DNA of 64,000 nt from Myxococcota bacterium (GTDB lineage Bacteria; Myxococcota_A; Polyangia; Nannocystales; Nannocystaceae), in the NCBI GenBank assembly GCA_039028615.1, contig JBCCHT010000003.1, forward strand, positions 64,001-128,000. Direction: 5' to 3'. A program made the position numbers and the translations under genes. The notes beneath the pieces are model-generated. The model was not told the DNA's origin. It saw nothing but the letters and a program-made list of their open reading frames with translations, and did not search any database. The stretch's first letter is position 1. Each line of letters begins with the position of its first letter. This document shows positions 58,296-64,000 of this stretch, one piece after another.

Positions 58296-59402
58296 CTAGT
58301 CGGCGTTCACGGCCTCGCAGGCGGCGTCGAAGAGCGGCTGGCAAGTAAAGAACGCACCCGGGCTCACGGCCGCGTGTCCCAGCGACGCCGAGAACAGACC
58401 GTCGCAGTGGCTGAACGTGCCCTGCTCGGTGCTCCAGCCGTCGAGCGAGCTGCGGTTCAGGGTCACCTCGAACGAGCCGGGGCCGCTGCCGACCGACGCC
58501 AGGGTCAGGGTGGTGCCGTCGCAGCTGAACTCGGCCTCCTGCATGCAGCTGGCGTCCATGTTGGCGTTGGCGTGGGCCATCATGGTCTCGAGCGGGTCGG
58601 TGTACACCGGGCACTCGGTCATGCAACCGGTGGTGTCGTCCGGCACGCCGCAGCCGCAGATCCCCGCCTCGGTCTTGTCCGGGTCGTCGGGGCACTCGTC
58701 GGCCTCGGTCTCCAGCACGAGGACGGGAGCGTTGCCCGACTCGATGGAGTCGAAGCGAACGCGCCCGGGGCTCGAGTCGTCGCGCTTGCGGACGATCCAG
58801 CCGCCGATCGGCATGCCGTTGACGACATCGGCGGTCACGTCGAACTCGATGATCCCGTCGTCACCGTTGGCGATGTCGTGGCTGGCGGTCGCGGTGGTGT
58901 CGTAGGGCGGGGTGCCCTGCTGCCCGTGCTGCCAGCGGGGGTCACAATCGATGGAGGTATTGCTGGTGTCGGTATCGTCGGGGCAGGTCCAGGTCGCGTT
59001 GTTGGTCCACGCCTGCGTCATCGCGTGCACATCGAGCGTGCCGCCGGCCGCTGGCCAGTTCGCCGCGGGCACGGCCACGCTCAGCTGCAGGGTGGCCGAG
59101 ATGATGGAGTCGGTGCCGACGACCGCGTCGATATCCGCGGGGTCGAACTGGATGAGGCTGCGGTGCTTGCCCGACTGCTTGATGCTCAGGAAGGTCTGGT
59201 CGCTGTCGGATTGATAGGGGCGACCGAAGCGGATGAAGGTGTCGGCCGAGGCGTCGACGGTGGCGCTCGAAGAGCGAAAGTCGACCTCGCCCTCAGCGAC
59301 GTCGAGGTCGTCGATGAGCTCGTCTTCGACGATGCAGCCGGAGAACGTGGACAGAGCGAGGGCACAGAGGCCGAGGGTTGCGGGATGTTTGATCATGAAC
59401 AT
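58296..59402 (-). CDS. DNRLRE-domain lipoprotein
   Basis: Lipobox FSGC; ADTFI, RSLIQFD, ATLQL, FDVT, FDSIESGNAPVLV; DECPDDPDKTEAGICGCG. Confidence 0.8.
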   Translation of the reverse strand: MFMIKHPATLGLCALALSTFSGCIVEDELIDDLDVAEGEVDFRSSSATVDASADTFIRFGRPYQSDSDQTFLSIKQSGKHRSLIQFDPADIDAVVGTDSIISATLQLSVAVPAANWPAAGGTLDVHAMTQAWTNNATWTCPDDTDTSNTSIDCDPRWQHGQQGTPPYDTTATASHDIANGDDGIIEFDVTADVVNGMPIGGWIVRKRDDSSPGRVRFDSIESGNAPVLVLETEADECPDDPDKTEAGICGCGVPDDTTGCMTECPVYTDPLETMMAHANANMDASCMQEAEFSCDGTTLTLASVGSGPGSFEVTLNRSSLDGWSTEQGTFSHCDGLFSASLGHAAVSPGAFFTCQPLFDAACEAVNAD

Positions 59403-59733
59403 GGGAGCGAGTCCTTGCCGCCGCGCCCGATAGATGAAGGCCGGCGTGCGTCAGCCGAGGGAGTCCCGATCGATCGCGAATCCTCTCAAGCGTTCATGAA
59501 AAAGTTCGGAGGCCGGTCGCCCTTCGATCGGTTGGGGGCAAAGAGGCCCCAGACGTGTCGGGCAGAACCGACAGGTCGATCGATTTCGTGACCGAGCGTT
59601 CGAACTCGAAATGTACGGCGCGCCCGGTTGGATCCCTCGACCCACGGAGGGCGCAACGAACAGCGGCTCGGGCTTCGCCCGCCCTTGCGAGGCGGACACG
59701 AAGCTCGAGCCGTGCAGGGACTCGGGAGGAAGG

Positions 59734-60390
59734 TCAGGCGGCTTGCTCGAGCCCGCCGTCGCCGGGCAGCCCGAACTCCTTGCGAACCGCGGCCAGGGGC
59801 TCGGACCAGCGATGATCCCAACGGACGCCGAACAGCGGCTTGGCGGCGCGCCCGATGTTCCAGCCCCGCGTCACCGCTTCCATGGTGATCGCGATGTCCT
59901 CGGGGTGCTTGATCGTGGTGTGCAGCAGCCCGGCGGAGAGGATGGCCAGCGGAGGAGGGCCCTCGATCTGCGCCAGGTAGAACGACTGCAGCCCCAGCTC
60001 ACCGGGCACGTCCGTCTCGAACCCCGTGAGCACGTGCCAGATGTCGTGGGTCTGCTCGAAGTGCGAGTTGAGCCAGCCCATGCCGTCCTTGGGATGACGA
60101 CGAAACAACGCCGCGGGGTCGAGGCCATTGGCGCGGAGGTGATCGGCAAACACCCGCCCGAGGGAGCCGGGCGGCAGCCGTCCCAGCGTGTCGAGATCGG
60201 GGCACTCCATGGACCACGGATTCGCCAAGAAGGCGGCGATGGCCGGGTTGCCGCTCAGTTTTTCCAGGGCCTCGGGGTATTCGCGCTGGGTGGACTCGAT
60301 GAGGTCGAAGACCTTGTCGAGCTGGTTGGGGTCGCGAACCAATTGGACGTAGGTCCAGGCCGCGCGAAGGGTCTGTAGGGGTCCGGGCAT
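59734..60390 (-). CDS. Coq4-family protein
   Basis: LPPGSLG; THDIWHVLTGFETDVPGE. Confidence 0.85.
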   Translation of the reverse strand: MPGPLQTLRAAWTYVQLVRDPNQLDKVFDLIESTQREYPEALEKLSGNPAIAAFLANPWSMECPDLDTLGRLPPGSLGRVFADHLRANGLDPAALFRRHPKDGMGWLNSHFEQTHDIWHVLTGFETDVPGELGLQSFYLAQIEGPPPLAILSAGLLHTTIKHPEDIAITMEAVTRGWNIGRAAKPLFGVRWDHRWSEPLAAVRKEFGLPGDGGLEQAA

Positions 60391-60474
60391 GAGCGTCCCT
60401 TTTTTCGATTGCCTCACCATCCAGGATGAGGCCACGCTGTGGACCAGCAACTCGCGTTTGCTCAGTTCGGCTCG

Positions 60475-61092
60475 ATGCCCACAAACACCCAAAATCGCCG
60501 TCGTAGACCCCAGCAGGACCGGTCTCGGTCCACGGTCGAGGCCATCGTCGATGCAGCCGCTCAGATTTTGGAGGCGCAGGGTCCCCAACACGCCACCACC
60601 AACCACATCGCCGAACGCGCCGGGGTCAGCATCGGGACGCTCTACCAGTACTTCCCCAACAAGCAGGCGCTGTTCACCGAGCTGGCGCGGCGCTTCATCG
60701 AGGAGCTGGGCACGGCCACCGAGGAGTCGCTCGAGAGCATCTCCATGGGGCCGATGCAGGAGGTGGTGCCACAGTTTCTGCACACCCTGGGCCGGTTGCA
60801 CGGCACCTCGCCGCGCCTTCGCAGCTTCCTGTTTCAGCAACCGGGCAGCCAGGTGCTCATGCGCGACTTCAACGAGCGGATCGAGGCGGTGGTCGCTCGC
60901 GTGCTGGCGCGGCGTCCCGAGTTTCGCGATGGCAATCCCACGCTGACGGCCCAGGTCGTGGTGCGAGCGGTTGACGGCGTGATGCGAGACACCACCCTGC
61001 GCGAGCCCGAGCGGGTCCACGAGCGTGCGTTCATCGACGAGCTGTCGCGTCTCGTGCTCGGCTATCTCATGCTGAGCGCCACCGGGGGCTGA
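60475..61092 (+). CDS. TetR/AcrR-family regulator
   Basis: PQQDRS; TTNHIAERAGVSIGTLYQYFPNK. Confidence 0.95.
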   Translation: MPTNTQNRRRRPQQDRSRSTVEAIVDAAAQILEAQGPQHATTNHIAERAGVSIGTLYQYFPNKQALFTELARRFIEELGTATEESLESISMGPMQEVVPQFLHTLGRLHGTSPRLRSFLFQQPGSQVLMRDFNERIEAVVARVLARRPEFRDGNPTLTAQVVVRAVDGVMRDTTLREPERVHERAFIDELSRLVLGYLMLSATGG

Positions 61093-61099
61093 GGCCGGC

Positions 61100-61798
61100 T
61101 CAGCCGATCCCGAGCCGTCGCTTGAGCTCGGTGACCAGGCGTCGTCCCACCGCGGCATGGCTGCCGTCGTTGAGTTCGACCCGGGTGCTGCCGCCGTCCG
61201 CATGCAGGGCCACGACGGCGTGGATGTTGACCAGCTCGGAGCGGTGCGTGCGGAAGAAGCCGTGCGCGCTCAGTCGCTTTTCGAGGCTGGCGAGGCTGTC
61301 GTCGAGCACGAGCTCCCGTCCCGCGTGGGTGAACACGGTGTACTTGTCCTCCGCGTGGAAGCGGGTGATCTGGGCGGCATCGATGACGTGCACGGTGGCC
61401 CCGTCGCGGGCGGTGATCCGCGGGGGCCCGGACGCGGCGGGATCGGGTGCCGCCGTGCGGGCCCGGGCGCGGGCGATCGCCTCGGCGAGGCGGTCCTTGG
61501 AGATGGGCTTGAGCAGGTAGTCCACCGCGTCGACCTCGAAGGCGCGCAGGGCATGCTCGGCGTGGGCGGTGGTGAACACCACGGGGGGCAGGCTGGGCTC
61601 TTCGGCCAGCTCGAGGCCGTCCATCTGCGGCATGTCGATGTCGAGCAGCAGCAGGTCGGGAGGCGAGGCGCGGACCATGTTCAGGGCCTCTTCACCATCG
61701 GCGGCTTCACCCGCGACCTCGACTCCGTCCATGCGCTGGAGCATGCGGACCAACCGGCGGCGGGCGGGCGCTTCGTCGTCGACGACCAGGACTCTCAT
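61100..61798 (-). CDS. LytTR-family response regulator
   Basis: VVDDE, LDIDMP, TTA, DYLLKP, FFRTHRSELVN. Confidence 0.95.
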   Translation of the reverse strand: MRVLVVDDEAPARRRLVRMLQRMDGVEVAGEAADGEEALNMVRASPPDLLLLDIDMPQMDGLELAEEPSLPPVVFTTAHAEHALRAFEVDAVDYLLKPISKDRLAEAIARARARTAAPDPAASGPPRITARDGATVHVIDAAQITRFHAEDKYTVFTHAGRELVLDDSLASLEKRLSAHGFFRTHRSELVNIHAVVALHADGGSTRVELNDGSHAAVGRRLVTELKRRLGIG

Positions 61799-62886
61799 GA
61801 TGCGCGGCTTTGTGCGGGATGGGTGCGGGGCACGACGAGCTCGACTCGATAGCCACCGTCGATGCCGGGGCCGGCCGAGAACCGAGCCGCCTTGCCGTAG
61901 AGCAGCTTCAATCGCTTGGCCACGTTGGCGTGACCGACCTTGGTGCCCGGGGACTGCGAGTGTCCGGGGCCGTCGTCGCGGACCTGGAAGCGGAGGTTGT
62001 CGCCCTCGGCCGTGACCTGCACCCAGACCTTGCCGCCTTCGCGGCGGGCCGCGATGCCGTGCTTGACCGCGTTCTCCACCAGGGGCTGGATCAGGAAGGG
62101 CGGCACGTCGACCGACTCGACGCCGTCGTCGACGTCGACGCGGCTGCTCAGGCGCTCGCCGAAGCGGAGCTCCTCGAGGGCGAGGTAGCTCCGCACCGCA
62201 TCGAGTTCACGGCGGAGGCTGACCTGGCCCCGCTCGGCGCCCTCGAGCGAGTAGCGCAGCAACGCGGACAGGCGCTCCACCGCCTCGACCGCGGCCTCGG
62301 AGTCCTCTTCGGCCAGCGTGGCCACGGTGTTGAGCGCATTGAACAGGAAGTGCGGGTTGACCTTGGCCTGGAGGTTGTCGATCTGGGCGCGGAGCAGGGC
62401 TTGTTGGGCTTTTTGCTCGCGGAGCTCGACGGTACGGATGCGCTCGAGGAGCCGGTCGTAGGTCACGCTGCCCATCATCACGATGGCGGTGATCACCACT
62501 GCTACGCGCCAGATGTCCTCGCGGTTGATCGTCACGCGTACGTCGGCGAGGAGGGTGAGGTGCAGCAGGCCGAGCGCCAGCTCCACGCCGATCAGCACCC
62601 CCACGATGACCGAGATGCCATGCGCCGCCGCCCGCCGCAGCGGGCCGCCCTCGATGAGGGTCGTACCCCAGCCGTACACGTAGATCGCGGTGGTGGCCAT
62701 GCCGATGCACACCGACAGCAGCAGGTTGGCCCCGAAGACGATGAACCACCGCGCCCACGGCTCGTCGTCTCCGTTGAGGGCGAAGGTCAGGATGGTCGCG
62801 ATCAGCAGGTGTGACCACCACTGCCCTCGAAGCGCGCGGATGTAGTCCGCGTTCCGTTCGAGGCGGCTGTTGTGGAGCGAGGTCAC
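61795..62886 (-). CDS. LytS-family sensor histidine kinase
   Basis: 4 TM; LQAKVNPHFLFNALN, QPLVENAVKHG, DDGPG. Confidence 0.92.
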   Translation of the reverse strand: MTSLHNSRLERNADYIRALRGQWWSHLLIATILTFALNGDDEPWARWFIVFGANLLLSVCIGMATTAIYVYGWGTTLIEGGPLRRAAAHGISVIVGVLIGVELALGLLHLTLLADVRVTINREDIWRVAVVITAIVMMGSVTYDRLLERIRTVELREQKAQQALLRAQIDNLQAKVNPHFLFNALNTVATLAEEDSEAAVEAVERLSALLRYSLEGAERGQVSLRRELDAVRSYLALEELRFGERLSSRVDVDDGVESVDVPPFLIQPLVENAVKHGIAARREGGKVWVQVTAEGDNLRFQVRDDGPGHSQSPGTKVGHANVAKRLKLLYGKAARFSAGPGIDGGYRVELVVPRTHPAQSRAS

Positions 62887-63052
62887 GGGGAGGTTTCCGA
62901 GTATAGCGACTGCTCGGGACCGCCCGGCACCGAGGAACCGGGGGCCGACGAGCGGTGCCCCTGCCCGGACGAACGGTCGCGCGGAGGCGACCGGCGGCGG
63001 GGCGAGCCGACGGCTGTCGCGTCGCGCGGCGGGGAGCGCGTTGGCGTGCCGC

Positions 63053-64000
63053 TCAGATGCCGCTGCGCTCGCACGCCAGGATGCGCTCGAAGGTCGACCA
63101 CGCGGGGCCACCGACGGCGCGCAAGCGTGCGGCGAGCAGGCGGTTGTCGAGCGCCCGGGTCAGTCGCTCGTAGGGCGCGGACTGGCGTCGCAGGTCCCAC
63201 AGGCGCTGGCTCAGATGGTCGACCTCCCCGCGAATCTCGAGGTAGTCCCGATAGCTCGGCGAGTGCTCCAGGTGCTCGGCGATCGCGTCGTGCTGCTCCG
63301 CGATGACGTGGGGTTGCTCGGGGTGCCAGGGGTCGTCGAGCACGGGCCAGCGCGCGAGCAGGTCGGCGGCGGCACGGCGGTAGGCGTAGTCCTCGTCGCG
63401 CTGGGCATCGTCGAGGCGGCGGGTGACCGCCTCGAGGTCGTCCCCGAGGCGCTGAAGCTCGACGTAGGCCTGTGCCTCGTTGCCCTCGAGGTGCAGCTGC
63501 CGAGCGAGCGCCGACACCACGGCGTCTTCTTCGGGCAGGCTCACCTCGAGCTGGGGGCCCTTGGTCGGCGCGGCGTGTCGGAGCCAGCGCTCGGCGGTCG
63601 TGGTGGGCACGTCCGCCGACGACGAGGCGATGCGGACTCGGGTATGGGCCTCGAGCAGGGAGATGTGCCGATCGCCATCGAAGTCGAACTGCTCGATCGG
63701 CTGCGGGTGCCCCTGTCGATCGCGCCCGCGCAGCGCGTTGAGAAAATGCAGCCCGTAGCCCTCTTGCGCCGCGCGATCGGGGTTGGGATCGCAGCCGGTC
63801 GCTTCGAGATCCCACGGGGCGGAAAACAGCCCGCAGCGCTGGCCCACGCTGGCCCCCAGCTGGGCGTCGGCGCCTTGGAAGACCAGCTCGCCGAACCCCC
63901 CGGAGAAGCAGGTCGTGGCCACGACGCGGACCGGGCGGGGGCTTCGGTCGAGGCGCTCGGCCAGGTCGACGACCGCGAGCTCGCTCTGCTCCCACAGCGA
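63053..64000 (-). CDS. Hypothetical protein, possible clan CD (C13/caspase-like) peptidase with helical tail (5' truncated by window)
   Basis: VRVVATTCFSGGF; ATGC; DFDGD..ISLLEAH. Confidence 0.6.
   Translation of the reverse strand, partial: SLWEQSELAVVDLAERLDRSPRPVRVVATTCFSGGFGELVFQGADAQLGASVGQRCGLFSAPWDLEATGCDPNPDRAAQEGYGLHFLNALRGRDRQGHPQPIEQFDFDGDRHISLLEAHTRVRIASSSADVPTTTAERWLRHAAPTKGPQLEVSLPEEDAVVSALARQLHLEGNEAQAYVELQRLGDDLEAVTRRLDDAQRDEDYAYRRAAADLLARWPVLDDPWHPEQPHVIAEQHDAIAEHLEHSPSYRDYLEIRGEVDHLSQRLWDLRRQSAPYERLTRALDNRLLAARLRAVGGPAWSTFERILACERSGI

Noticed and set aside
61100..62886. LytS/LytTR as receptor for the prenylated peptide
   Set aside because: About 6 kb away with unrelated genes between; common system; no supporting evidence

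Overview
GC-rich bacterial DNA, most likely from a Nannocystaceae-like myxobacterium. This is inferred from the many Thr/Gly/Asp-rich lipoproteins, Ser/Thr kinase-TPR plus ECF sigma modules, and ADYC, DUF2330 and VWA proteins. About 49 credible CDS; no rRNA, tRNA, CRISPR array or transposase was recognised. Ordinary content: two GH13 amylases, a zinc-uptake cluster (Fur/Zur, TonB receptor, His-tailed permease), DsbA, aldo-keto reductase, a priming sugar transferase, a KAP NTPase, an ABC/M1 peptidase, an AraC-controlled ferredoxin-reductase-AlkB fusion, Coq4/TetR and LytS/LytTR. Two loci stand out. (1) 31644-33731: a secreted protein ending in a close copy of a detyrosinated eukaryotic alpha-tubulin tail (DYEEVGAESADVEGEEDIEE-stop), followed in frame by a tubulin-tyrosine-ligase family gene. 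(2) 53655-54977: a 104-aa peptide with a GG-type leader and four WxxW cores at exact 15-aa spacing, 18 nt upstream of a ComQ-like prenyltransferase, a candidate multicore Trp-prenylated RiPP. All family calls come from reading motifs by eye; no searches were run.
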